Assembly: GCA_963699255.1 (NCBI GenBank)
Contig: OY969425.1
Span: forward strand, 1,320,001 to 1,352,000
Direction: 5' to 3'
Source of the DNA: an uncultured bacterium
GTDB taxonomy: Bacteria; Margulisbacteria; WOR-1; CAVSGV01
DNA: 32,000 nucleotides
The notes below the pieces were generated by a model that was not told the DNA's origin, made no database searches, and saw only the letters and a list, made by a program, of their open reading frames with translations. Within the stretch, counting starts at the first letter, position 1. Each line of letters begins with the position of its first letter. Positions 15,240-25,330 of the stretch are shown here, piece after piece. The translations under genes were made by a program, and so were the position numbers.

Positions 15240-17751
15240 TCAGGCCTTCTTTTGGAGTTCTTTTTCTTTTCCCTTGAGAGAAGTCGAAGGGTTTTTTTCT
15301 TCCGCGGGACGTTCGGTTTTAACGGAAGGTTTCCCCGAAAATACGGGCTTGCCGTTCTCGATATCCACTTTTATTTTTGTGCCGTAACCGAATTTTCCCA
15401 ACAGTATCTGTTCGGAAAGCGGGTCCTCTATGTTGTCTTCTATCGCGCGTCTCAAGGGTCTTGCGCCAAAATGGGGATCAAACCCTTTATCGACAAGAAA
15501 ATCTTTTACCTTTTTGCTGACCGAGATGGAAAGGCCTTTTTCGATCAAACGCGCGTTGATATCGGATATCATAAGGTCAACGATCTTTGCCAGGTCTTCC
15601 TTTGAGAGAGGCCTGAACACTATCTGCTCGTCAATTCGATTCAAGAACTCCGGCCTGAATTTCTTTTTCATCTCATCAAGGACCTTTTCTTTCATTCTCT
15701 CATAGCCGACCTTCGCTTCGTCTTTCGTAAGGAATCCGATCGAAGTGTCTTTCTTTATGAGGTCGGCCCCTACGTTGGACGTCATTATTATTATCGTATT
15801 CTTGAAATCGATGTGGTGCCCCTGGGCATCGGTCAGGCGACCGTCATCCAGCACCTGCAGGAGGATGTTCGTCACATCCACATGGGCTTTCTCGATCTCA
15901 TCAAGCAGCACCACCGAGTGAGGCCTTCTTCTTACGGGTTCCGCCAGTTGCCCCCCCTCACCGTAACCCACGTAACCGGGAGGCGAGCCTACGAGCCTTG
16001 AAACGGTATGAGACTCAAGATATTCAGACATATCAACTCTCACCACCGCATCCACATCACCGAACATGAATTCGGCAAGACGCTTTGCCAGCTCCGTTTT
16101 GCCAACGCCGGACGGCCCCATGAACAGGAAGGAGCCTGTCGGCCTCTTCGGATCCTTTATCCCCGCCCTTGCCCTGCGGATGGATTTTGCTATTACCTTG
16201 ATCGCCTCTTCCTGACCGATGACCCGCTTGCTCAGGATCTCTTCCATTTTCATCAGCCGTTCGGTCTCTTCTTCGGTAAGCTGTGTAACGGGGACCCCGG
16301 TCCAGCTTGATATAAGCGATGCGATCGCTTCCCTGTTCACCTCGGGGTAGTTCTCTTTAGTGAATCCTTTTATCTTTTTTGATGCGGCTTCGTACTGCAG
16401 ACGGAGGGCTTCTTCCTTGTCCCTCAGCTTCGCGGCCTTTTCAAATTCCTGGTCCTGCGCGGCCAGCTCCTTATCGTGCTTTACCTTTTCGAGTTCACGG
16501 ATTATTTCCACAAGTTCCGGAGGAGCGGAAATGGACTGGAGCATGACGCGCGATGAGGCTTCGTCGATCAGGTCGATCGCCTTATCCGGCAGATGACGTT
16601 CAGAAATATATCTTGCGGAAAGTCTCGCGGCAGAGAGGATGGCTTCGTCCGTTATCTTCACTTTATGAAAATCCTCATATCTGGACCTTAAGCCCTTTAA
16701 TATCTCGATCGTCTGTTCTACCGATGGTTCTTCCACCATGACGGATTGGAACCTTCGTTCAAGAGCGGCATCTGATTCAATGCGCTTCCTGTATTCTTCG
16801 GTAGTGGTCGCCCCTATGCACTGCAGCTCGCCTCTCGCGAGCGCGGGCTTCAGCATGTTCGCGGCATCCATGGCGCCTTCCGCCGCGCCGGCGCCGATGA
16901 TCGTGTGGATCTCATCGATAAAAAGAATGACTTTGCCGGACTTCCTGACCTCTTCCATAACTTTCTTGAGCCTCTCTTCGAAATTCACCGCGGTATTTCG
17001 TCCCGGCTACCATAAGTCCAAGGTCAAGAGAAACCACCCTCTTATCAAGAAGAAGGGGCGGGACGTCACCGGCAACTATTTTCTGTGCGAGACCTTCAAC
17101 GATCGCGGTTTTTCCCACGCCCGCGTCTCCGGTAAGCACAGGATTATTTTTTTTGCGCCTCGAAAGTATCTGTATCACGCGCTCGACTTCCTTTGCTCTT
17201 CCTACGACCGGATCAAGTTTTTTCTCCCTTGCCAGCCAGGCAAGGTCCCTGCTGTATGAATCAAGAACGGGAGTGCCGGATATCTGCGGCCCGCGCCTCT
17301 GGTATACTGATTCCTCCCCGAGCAGGCTTATCACCCTGTTTTTCGCGCTTGAAGCCGTGATGCCGACTTCTGACAGGACTTTTGCCGCGATGCCTGTCCC
17401 TTCCCTTACAAGCCCCAGGAACAGATGTTCAACCCCCACATAGCTGTGGCCAAGCTGCCTGGCTTCTTCCCAGGCGTATTCGATGGTCTTCTTAACTGGA
17501 GCGCTGAACGGGATCTCCGTGACCCCTCTTTGCTCCGTGCTTCCGGCAAGCTCTTCTATTCTTTCCTTGATCTCCAAAGGATTTACCCGGAAATATTCAA
17601 GCGTCTTAATGACTATAGGTTCCGACTTGGCGATCATGCCCAGCAGCAGGTGTTCAGTCCCCACAAAGGCGGCGCCGAGGCGCCTCGCCTCTTCCTGGCT
17701 GGCCATGATCACTCCAACGGCTTTTTCCGTGAACCTTTCGAACATTGCCAT
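15240..17751 (-). pseudogene. clpC: ClpC-type AAA+ chaperone ATPase split into two ORFs (16912..17751 and 15240..16988) by a single-nucleotide frameshift near 16978-16986
   Basis: ORF1 has the Clp_N repeats and Walker A ([15 protein letters not shown]) and reads ...AGTKYRGEF before going out of frame. ORF2 resumes in the +1 frame with (N)[26 protein letters not shown]. The minus-strand sequence is ggt gaa ttt cga aga g, and removing one T restores ...YRGEFEERLKK.... The total length of 2512 nt is 3n+1. A UVR-like segment and the second AAA module are intact. This could be a homopolymer sequencing error rather than a true pseudogene. Confidence 0.85.
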
Positions 17752-17840
17752 AGTGATTTCATTCTAACAAAAGGGCACATCGTATGCAAGTTTTGGGCTT
17801 TTTAATGCGATAATATATATGCAGAGGGAGAAGAATATCG

Positions 17841-18113
17841 ATGGAAATACCAAGCATATCAAGCATAACAAGTAAGCCGGTAAGCACCCCTGAAAATTCA
17901 ACTGATCAGGATAAACATTTCAATCTACTCGTAAGTCATGGCAATAACGGCAACGACCCTGTATATGAGCTTTGCAGCACCACCGGAAATATAAGCTCGG
18001 GGCTAATAAGTAATCTCGATGACGCAAAAAACATCATGGCAAACAGCGAGGAAAGATATCATATAGCACAGCAGGATCCAAACCTTCCAAATCATCTAAA
18101 GTTGATCATCTAA
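17841..18113 (+). CDS. Hypothetical small protein (90 aa), Ser/Thr/Asn-rich
   Basis: ORF preceded by GATAATATATATGCAGAGGGAGAAG. This leader resembles the ones upstream of 7047 and 7483. The SD AGGGAG lies ~10 nt before the ATG. No recognisable domain. Confidence 0.4.
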   Translation: MEIPSISSITSKPVSTPENSTDQDKHFNLLVSHGNNGNDPVYELCSTTGNISSGLISNLDDAKNIMANSEERYHIAQQDPNLPNHLKLII

Positions 18114-18129
18114 AGTTGCTTGCGATCGC

Positions 18130-20331
18130 CTAAACTTTCGCTTCTTGAGCTTGCGGAAGAGTGATCAAGAACGTGGTCCCCTTGCCGATCTGCGTTTTAA
18201 CCCTTATTGATCCGTGATGATCCTCTATTATCCTTAGAGTTATCGGAAGCCCCATTCCTGTCCCTCCCACTTCTTTTGTCGTGAAGAAGGGATCGAATAT
18301 CTTTTTCAGGTTCTCATCGGGTATGCCGATGCCCGTATCGGATATTTCCACAAAAACGACCGGTACCGGTTTCACTTCCTCTTCTTCCCCCTCCGAGCCT
18401 GAACGGCCGAGCTTGATCACTTCCCCTACATCGGTCTTTACCGTCAGTTCACCGCCGTTTGACATGGCCTGGATCGCGTTGAGGATGACGTTCACAAAGG
18501 CCTGTGAAAGCTGTCCGGCGTCCGCGGTGACCTTCGGCAGCTCGGCCAGCTTTGTCGTGACCCTGATATTGCTCTTCCTTGTTTCATTGTCAAATAGCGA
18601 CAGGATCTCCTCAAGAAGCTCATTGACATTCACCTGCGTAAGTTCGGGTTTGTGCGGCCTTCCGAACCTGAGCAGGTTCTCAGCGATCTTATTGATCTTG
18701 TCTATCTCCTGAGGAACAACGGTAGAAAATTTCTTCCTGAATTCCTCGTCTTCGAACCTCTGTGGCAGGAGCTGGGTGAATGTCCTTAAGCTGACCAGCG
18801 GGTTCTTTATCTCGTGCGCCATTCCAGCCGCCATCGTGCCCAGTGAAGCGAGCTTCTCCGATGAGACGAGATTTTCCTGGCTCTGCTTAAGGTCCTTTGT
18901 CATATGGTTAAAAGCTTCGGCCAGCTGTCCTATCTCATCGATAGAATTAATCTTTATTTTGTAAGAGAGGTCGCCTTTTCTTACGGCCTGCGTTCCGTTT
19001 ATCAGCTCCTTTATCGGGATCTCGATCGACGAAGTGGCAAAGAATATTCCCACGGAAACGGTCAGGATGATCCCCACGATCACAAAGATCATGGCATTCA
19101 TTGAAACAAGCCTGACCTCGGAATAAGCTTCCCATTTTGGTTCCTCCACTATAATGCCGAGGCTGTACTTCTTTATCGGGGCATAAGCGCCAACAACCGG
19201 TTTGTCATCGGCTTTCTCAAAAAACTCGCTTAGGTATTCATCGCTACCCGCCTCACCCGTAATGACGTTTTGGACCACATCAAGGTTGCTCAGGTCCCTG
19301 CCAACTTCCTTCGGGTCCGGGCCGACAAAAAGCCGTCCATCCTTGGACACTACATAAACATATCTCTTTCCTTTTGTTTCGCTATTGATCAACTGCTGAA
19401 TGTAACCTCTGTCCAACCCGCCCCGGCTTGAAGAAACGTATTCGATCTTATCTGAGAGGCTCCTCGCCAGGATCAGATAATTGTTCTTAATGGCCCTCTG
19501 GAGCGATATCTGGTTCAGATTTACTGTCGCGACTGTGGTGGCTTCCAGAAGTACTATGATTGAAAGCGCAAATATCAATATTAACTTATATAGTATCCTT
19601 GTCCTTAGATATGAAAGCGGGAATTTTGCCACTTCATCCTTGGGTGAAATGATGTTTCCCAGGAGGAATCCAAGAGAAGAACACAAAAACACCGCCCACG
19701 ATCCTGAGAGGTAGAATGGTTCTCCGGTTTTCGCGTAAAAGAAGGATAAAAGAAATGACAAAACCATCAATACCGAAGCTATGCCGGAAACGTTATAAAC
19801 ATTTTTTTCTCCTATTTCCTTGGAGTCCCTTGCGGAGAACAAATATTTGATCCCAAGTATGAGCCAGAGCGTGATCCAGAACAGCTCGGGAGGAAGAGCG
19901 GTAAGAAAGTGAACTCCCGGGTCCATGGCGATCACTTTTATGTTTTCCACAAGGTTCAATGGGGAGCGTATTATCAGGACCATTTCAACAATGCATCCGA
20001 GCAGCAGTACCTGGAAAATAAGGTTGTCCCTGTATCCGAATTTCTCCTTCATGAAAAACGCCAGGAAAAGCGCGCTGGCAACCAGATCGATGGCGATTAT
20101 CCTGTATAGGATCAACCTGACATTTTCGCTCTGATCGAGCGTATAGGCCATTTGTGACAGAATGGTGAGAGCGGTAAAGATTGAAAGTGTTAGGAAGACA
20201 AGGATTAAATAATAATCCTCCCTCTTTTTTTTCTCAAGATACATGATGAAAAAACTGTAGACGCCCGCCAGGGCTATGCCGGTAATGAACACCTGAAGGA
20301 ATATATTGATTATCGCAAAGGTCGAGATCAT
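18130..20331 (-). CDS. Sensor histidine kinase: ~7 N-terminal TM helices, a periplasmic Cache-like domain, HAMP, HisKA and HATPase
   Basis: H-box MAHEIKNPL, N-box QAFVNVILNAIQA, and G-boxes DTGIGI and GGTGMGL. The HAMP-like segment is IPIKELINGTQAVRKGDLSYKI...IGQLAEAFNHM. A ~130-aa segment lies between two TM helices. No response regulator is present in the window. Confidence 0.9.
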   Translation of the reverse strand: MISTFAIINIFLQVFITGIALAGVYSFFIMYLEKKKREDYYLILVFLTLSIFTALTILSQMAYTLDQSENVRLILYRIIAIDLVASALFLAFFMKEKFGYRDNLIFQVLLLGCIVEMVLIIRSPLNLVENIKVIAMDPGVHFLTALPPELFWITLWLILGIKYLFSARDSKEIGEKNVYNVSGIASVLMVLSFLLSFFYAKTGEPFYLSGSWAVFLCSSLGFLLGNIISPKDEVAKFPLSYLRTRILYKLILIFALSIIVLLEATTVATVNLNQISLQRAIKNNYLILARSLSDKIEYVSSSRGGLDRGYIQQLINSETKGKRYVYVVSKDGRLFVGPDPKEVGRDLSNLDVVQNVITGEAGSDEYLSEFFEKADDKPVVGAYAPIKKYSLGIIVEEPKWEAYSEVRLVSMNAMIFVIVGIILTVSVGIFFATSSIEIPIKELINGTQAVRKGDLSYKIKINSIDEIGQLAEAFNHMTKDLKQSQENLVSSEKLASLGTMAAGMAHEIKNPLVSLRTFTQLLPQRFEDEEFRKKFSTVVPQEIDKINKIAENLLRFGRPHKPELTQVNVNELLEEILSLFDNETRKSNIRVTTKLAELPKVTADAGQLSQAFVNVILNAIQAMSNGGELTVKTDVGEVIKLGRSGSEGEEEEVKPVPVVFVEISDTGIGIPDENLKKIFDPFFTTKEVGGTGMGLPITLRIIEDHHGSIRVKTQIGKGTTFLITLPQAQEAKV

Positions 20332-21198
20332 TTATTGCACCACCAGTGTAATTTCACCATCGGCGCTGCCGCCAAACACATTGGTCGCGCGAACCGCCAG
20401 TTTTCTGGTACCGGGACCAATGTTCTCGCTCGGAACAACGGATACGGAGAATATCCCGTCACCCGCTTTTACGTCACCATGCGTCCCGTCATCCCACATT
20501 TTAACATTACTTTCAAGTCCGATGCCAGTCAGGTCAACAGTGACTTCTTTTATGTCTTCCTGCCTGCCGGGATTTTCAACTTTTATCGTAAGGAGCACCG
20601 CTTCCTTTCCGTCCGCCTGTAACGACTGCGGTGTTGCAAGCCCCCCGGAAACGATCGGGTTAGCCCGCACTTCTATGTTCGTCCTGCTTATGGCGACCCA
20701 CCCGGATTTATTGGCGACCGCGACAGGAACATCCTTGGTGCCGCTTGCGACACCCCGGCCAACGCTGGTTTGAAGAGTGAAAATGCCGTCATTCGCCATC
20801 ATGTCTCCCCACAATCCATTGTCAACAAGCATCTGGTTGGGGAGTCTGTCTATTTCGCTTAGATCGGCTCTTACGCCTTTAATATTATCAAGCCCGCTTG
20901 GATCGCTCACCTTTGCGGTAATTGAAACGATGGTCCTGTCATCGGGCGGCACATCTGACGGATCCACTTTTATATAACTTATTATCGGAGCGAGGTTGGT
21001 CCTGTTTATTTTCGTGATATCATAGCCAATGCTCCAGTTCAACAGATCGCCGATCTTTTTCTTGAAAAAGTCGGCCGCCGATATTTTTTCAATAACATCC
21101 GCCCGGGTCAATACCTTGTCCTTTCCCTCATCGGCAAAAGCAGGGCTATTGATATTAGCAACGAATATAACAGCAAGTAATAATAAATATTTTTTCAT
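20332..21198 (-). CDS. Secreted protein with two Ig-like modules
   Basis: Signal peptide MKKYLLLLAVIFVANINSPAFA. Two repeats share the pattern V.D..G...I..V..DL..I........M.D.G..GD..A.DGIF...V...... (e.g. VRADLSEIDRLPNQMLVDNGLWGDMMANDGIFTLQTSV and VTVDLTGIGLESNVKMWDDGTHGDVKAGDGIFSVSVV). Its stop abuts the kinase ATG as TAAATG. Confidence 0.75.
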   Translation of the reverse strand: MKKYLLLLAVIFVANINSPAFADEGKDKVLTRADVIEKISAADFFKKKIGDLLNWSIGYDITKINRTNLAPIISYIKVDPSDVPPDDRTIVSITAKVSDPSGLDNIKGVRADLSEIDRLPNQMLVDNGLWGDMMANDGIFTLQTSVGRGVASGTKDVPVAVANKSGWVAISRTNIEVRANPIVSGGLATPQSLQADGKEAVLLTIKVENPGRQEDIKEVTVDLTGIGLESNVKMWDDGTHGDVKAGDGIFSVSVVPSENIGPGTRKLAVRATNVFGGSADGEITLVVQ

Positions 21199-22964
21199 TG
21201 TACGATCCCAAACGCCCTGAAGAACGCCTGTCCTTCTTCTTCCTTCACCGGGTCATCCGGCCTGAACCTGCCGTCCGTGCCTCCCTTTATAAGTCCAGCA
21301 TCAAGCGCGGCTTTTATAAAGCGCGCATATTTATGGTCTCGCGGAACGTCAACGAAAACCGACCCCGTGACCTCAGGAACAGCTAATCCCGAGGCTTTTA
21401 CAAGCCAGGAGATCATTTCGCCTCTTGTTATCGGCGCTTCTATCTGGAACTTCGCTTCCGGAGAAACCTCTATGACCCCCAACGTTACAAGGTTCTCTAC
21501 TTTTTCTTTTCTCTCCTCTATCGTTTTCTTTTCACTTAAAAGCTTTTCTTTTTTCTCCTCGTGCTTCGCTTTTTCTTCAGCTAAAGCCTTTTCTTCATTG
21601 GATACATCTGCTCCTTTTTCTTTCTCGGCTTTGAGGTCGCTTTCCCTCTTGGATATTTCCGCATCCTTGTTTATAACCTCTTGAGCGATCTCGTTATCCA
21701 GCGATGCTTCTTCTTCTATTATTATCTTGGGTTTTCTAAAGGCTTTCCTGAAGATCGTTTTCGTCTCATAATTAAGGCTCGCGCCTATTTCTATAAGGTT
21801 CTTTCCTGGGTTCAGCGGCTGTACGGCGTTAAATTGCCCGTCATCCGCAACATAAGCCTGGGCGCCATTGATCAAGACACTTGCTTTTGGTCTTGTCTCT
21901 CCTGATACGATGATATTTTCGTCATATCCGACGTAATCATCGCTCGGGGAATACACTTTCAGGAGCTCTTTAAGTGGTTCTTTCGGCGAAAGCAGAGGTT
22001 TTTCTGCCGGTTTCTCCACTTCGGGCGCCTTGAACAGCACAAACTTGTGGGGAAAGTATGAAAAGGATATGTAAGATACCTGTGACTCTGTCATGGGGTC
22101 CCTTAAGCTTGCCAGATCCACCTCGGCATCTTCAAACTTCATTCCCAAACCGAAAGAAGAACTCGCGACATTGCTGTCGACTAAAAATGTCGAGCTTCCT
22201 CCCAACCTTGCGACAAGCCAGCTGTTGAAGGAATATTCAAGCCCGAAATAACTGTTCGATCTCTGAGTGTCCCCCGCATTCCCGCTCTCGGTATCGAATA
22301 AGGCTTTTAAGCCGACCGTTTCATCGTATAAAATCGCGTTCTTGCCAAGTATATCAATGGCCAACCCGATCCTTGTCGACCTCGGGAATGCCTCATCGCT
22401 TGCCCCCAACTTGAACTCCGTCCCGGAGCAATTTCTCAGCACCACTCCGATGGACGCATAATCGATCGGATTCCACAGAACCCCGGCGTCATAGTCAGAC
22501 CCGCCATTTGAAGTTCTGTCAGCTTGCCCGGGAATGGAGATCCTCTGTGCCAATATGCTTTTGACGGTAAAGCCTACGGAAAGCTTGTCAAAGCCGATAC
22601 CATAACTTACCATAGTAAGGTCATGCTCGTATTTCACTTTTGTGGTATCGTTAATGTTAACCCCGTCGAAATACTTAAAAACGGCTCCGATACCGAAATT
22701 CCCGACGCCGGTTTCATACGCGGCCCCGAATGAAAAGTTTTTGATGTCCTTTGCCGTCAAGGTGATGCCCTTGGCGTTCGCAATCCCCGCTGGATTGTAA
22801 AAGATGCAGTTAATGTCATTTGACGCCCCGGCATAAGCCCCGCCAAGGCTCAGCGGTTTTGCCCCGGAGCTCTGGTCCATAGGGTCTATCCCTATATCCG
22901 TGACCAGTGCATAAGAGCAGGTCGCAAACAGCAAGAATGACAACACTAATAATAATTTCTTCAT
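21195..22964 (-). CDS. Outer-membrane beta-barrel protein with a C-terminal Ig-like module, a Lys/Glu coiled coil and two SLH repeats
   Basis: Signal peptide, then ~285 aa of alternating amphipathic strands (LSLGGAYAGASNDINCIFYNPAGIA ... SYISFSYF). These are followed by LLKVYSPSDDY...NPGKNLIEIGA, a KE-rich segment, and SLH-like repeats (ITRGEMISWLVKA; FVDVPRDHKYARFIKAALDAGLIKGGTDGRFRPDDPV). It has ATGA overlaps with both neighbouring genes. Confidence 0.8.
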   Translation of the reverse strand: MKKLLLVLSFLLFATCSYALVTDIGIDPMDQSSGAKPLSLGGAYAGASNDINCIFYNPAGIANAKGITLTAKDIKNFSFGAAYETGVGNFGIGAVFKYFDGVNINDTTKVKYEHDLTMVSYGIGFDKLSVGFTVKSILAQRISIPGQADRTSNGGSDYDAGVLWNPIDYASIGVVLRNCSGTEFKLGASDEAFPRSTRIGLAIDILGKNAILYDETVGLKALFDTESGNAGDTQRSNSYFGLEYSFNSWLVARLGGSSTFLVDSNVASSSFGLGMKFEDAEVDLASLRDPMTESQVSYISFSYFPHKFVLFKAPEVEKPAEKPLLSPKEPLKELLKVYSPSDDYVGYDENIIVSGETRPKASVLINGAQAYVADDGQFNAVQPLNPGKNLIEIGASLNYETKTIFRKAFRKPKIIIEEEASLDNEIAQEVINKDAEISKRESDLKAEKEKGADVSNEEKALAEEKAKHEEKKEKLLSEKKTIEERKEKVENLVTLGVIEVSPEAKFQIEAPITRGEMISWLVKASGLAVPEVTGSVFVDVPRDHKYARFIKAALDAGLIKGGTDGRFRPDDPVKEEEGQAFFRAFGIVQ

Positions 22965-24214
22965 TGTTTTCCCTTGGTCACCAGTATCTTAGCATTTGAG
23001 ACCACAGATTTCAGCCCGCTTTTATCCAAAGCTCTTATTGGTATGATCTTTTCCCCCGGTACGGTCTCGGTCGTCATTATAAAGCTGATCTCATACTGCC
23101 CGTTTTGCATCGGGTTCATTTTTGCGTTATTCGGCCCGCCTAAAGAAGTAATATCAGCCCAAACAAGAGATATGTCGGATATTCCCTGGGCATCGGTCAC
23201 CTGAGCGGAAAGCTTTACCGGCGTTTTTCCGTCAGCTTCAAGATTGCTTGGCACTGCGTCGACTTTGACGATCACCGGCTTTGTGCCGATGCCGCAGAAC
23301 TGATAAGGCGTATACCCTTTTTCAAAATCATAAAGCGAAGTTTTAAGCTCTTTTATGTTCGACAGTCTGGAAAGTAGTACCGCGACCTCTCCTCTTGTCA
23401 TGTCCCTTTCAGGTTCGAACCTCCTGACCCTCCCGGGGAGGCCGACGATCCAGCCTTTGCTGTAAGCCGATAATATATAAGGCCCATCCTTTGAACTTGG
23501 CAGCACATCATTAAAAGAGCTGTTTGATATCTTGGATGGAATAAGTTTGTTCGCCTTCGCCACCGCGGCTACCGCGTCGCCTCGGCTGATCTCATCGCTT
23601 GGCCCGAACCTGTCGCCTGTTAATCCTCTCATATAACCCGCGTCCACTACCGCCTTAATATACGGGGCTCTCCAATGCTCCTTTGGCACATCGAAAAAAA
23701 CATCCTCTTTAGGCTTGAATCTTTTTAATTGCTTGGCCCTTGCCAGCCAAGTAGCGAATTCAGCCCTCTCCAACGATTTGCCCGGCTCGAATATATTGTT
23801 CGGATAACCCTCTATTATCCCCAGAGTCAAAAGGGTCAACACCTGCTGTTTTGCCCAGTGGCGCTTTCCCTTGAACAGCTTTTCTATATCATCGCAGGTG
23901 ACTATCCTGAGCACCCTGATCTTTTTTGTCAGTTTCTTCCCACCGGGAAATAAAGCCTTTACCAAAATAACGTTCTTTCCTGGTCTTAAGAGCGCCACCG
24001 CGTTTAACTTTCCGTTACTTCCGAGATCGACTTTCGTTCCGTTCAGGTCCACTTCTTTCGCTCCGGGCGCTTCTCCGACTATAGCGGCTCTTGTAGATAA
24101 TGTTTCCGTTCTATCTTTTGGGGAAGTTATCTCGAGTTTTGGAACAGCGGCGGCGCTGAGTGAAACAAAAACCATCGAAAGGACAAGCGATAGCACAGGC
24201 GTTAATTTAATCAC
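22961..24214 (-). CDS. Secreted SLH-domain (S-layer-homology) protein: N-terminal Ig-like module, three SLH repeats, C-terminal Ig-like module
   Basis: Signal peptide MIKLTPVLSLVLSMVFVSLSAAA. SLH repeats: HWAKQQVLTLLTLGIIEGYPNNIFEPGKSLERAEFATWLARA; FFDVPKEHWRAPYIKAVVDAGYMRG..FGPSDEISRGDAVAAVAKA; and FNDVL...GWIVGLPG..FEPERDMTRGEVAVLLSRL. The C-terminal module resembles those of 20332..21198. Confidence 0.85.
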   Translation of the reverse strand: MIKLTPVLSLVLSMVFVSLSAAAVPKLEITSPKDRTETLSTRAAIVGEAPGAKEVDLNGTKVDLGSNGKLNAVALLRPGKNVILVKALFPGGKKLTKKIRVLRIVTCDDIEKLFKGKRHWAKQQVLTLLTLGIIEGYPNNIFEPGKSLERAEFATWLARAKQLKRFKPKEDVFFDVPKEHWRAPYIKAVVDAGYMRGLTGDRFGPSDEISRGDAVAAVAKANKLIPSKISNSSFNDVLPSSKDGPYILSAYSKGWIVGLPGRVRRFEPERDMTRGEVAVLLSRLSNIKELKTSLYDFEKGYTPYQFCGIGTKPVIVKVDAVPSNLEADGKTPVKLSAQVTDAQGISDISLVWADITSLGGPNNAKMNPMQNGQYEISFIMTTETVPGEKIIPIRALDKSGLKSVVSNAKILVTKGKQ

Positions 24215-24226
24215 GGCAAAATTATA

Positions 24227-25324
24227 TTATACATTGAATCTAAAGTAAACCAGGTCGCCGTCCTTGATAACATACTCTTTGCCTTCCAGATGGATGATGC
24301 CTTTTTCCTTTGCCTTCGCGTGAGATTGCGCGTTGCCCAGGTCGGCATAGTGGATTATCTCAGCCGAAATGAATCCTCTCTGCATATCCGTGTGGACTTT
24401 TCCCGCAGCTTCGGGAGACGTTGCTCCCTTTTTTACGGTCCACGCGCGGCACTCTTTCTCGTTAGCCGTAAAGAAAGTGACCAGGTCAAGCAGCCGGTAT
24501 CCTTCCTTGATTAGCCTGTTCAATCCAAGTTCAGTGAGTCCGATGTCCTTTTCGTATTCCCTTGCTTCATCCTCGGAGAGTTCTTCAATATCCATCTCGA
24601 GCTTGGCGCAGATCGGGATTACCGACACCCCTTCCCCTGCGGCCACTTCATGAACGGCCCTTACCGCCGCGTCATTGGGGTTTACCAGCTGTTTTTCGTC
24701 AACATTGGCGATGTAGATGATCGGTTTCATCGTTAATAGCGGGATGTCCCTGATCTCGTGTTTTTCTTCTTCGGAGATGGAAAGGGTCCTGAGTGGACTC
24801 CCTGCCTCCAGGTGTTTTTTTATCTTTTCTACGACCTCGAGTTCTTTGAGTATCTCCTTTTTGCCGGATTTAATCGAACTTTTAAGCGTCAGCCATCTTT
24901 TTTCGGTCGCGGACATGTCAGCCAGGATAAGCTCGATGTTTATCGTTTCGATGTCGCGCTTGGGATCCACGCTTCCTTCAACATGGGTGATATTCGGGTC
25001 GGAAAAGCACCTTACGACATGGGCGATGGCGTCAACTTCCCTGATGTAAGAAAGGAACTGATTACCGAGCCCTTCCCCCTTATGGGCATTCTTGACCAGA
25101 CCGGCGATATCAACGAATTCAATGGTTGTGGGTATGGCTTTTGCCGATTTCATGAACGACTGGACCGCTTTGAGCCGCTCATCAGGGACAGGGACGATCC
25201 CAATATTCTTGCTTTTGGTGCAGAAAGGATAATTGGAAACTTCCGCCTCTGCGCGTGATATCGCGTTAAAAAGCGTGGATTTGCCCACGTTTGGGAGGCC
25301 GACGATGCCAAGTGAAAAGCCCAT
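24227..25324 (-). CDS. ychF: Ribosome-binding ATPase YchF
   Basis: [21 protein letters not shown]... with the Obg-like GTPase G motifs and a C-terminal TGS-like region ([25 protein letters not shown]). The length of 365 aa is typical. Confidence 0.95.
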   Translation of the reverse strand: MGFSLGIVGLPNVGKSTLFNAISRAEAEVSNYPFCTKSKNIGIVPVPDERLKAVQSFMKSAKAIPTTIEFVDIAGLVKNAHKGEGLGNQFLSYIREVDAIAHVVRCFSDPNITHVEGSVDPKRDIETINIELILADMSATEKRWLTLKSSIKSGKKEILKELEVVEKIKKHLEAGSPLRTLSISEEEKHEIRDIPLLTMKPIIYIANVDEKQLVNPNDAAVRAVHEVAAGEGVSVIPICAKLEMDIEELSEDEAREYEKDIGLTELGLNRLIKEGYRLLDLVTFFTANEKECRAWTVKKGATSPEAAGKVHTDMQRGFISAEIIHYADLGNAQSHAKAKEKGIIHLEGKEYVIKDGDLVYFRFNV

Positions 25325-25330
25325 GTATCA

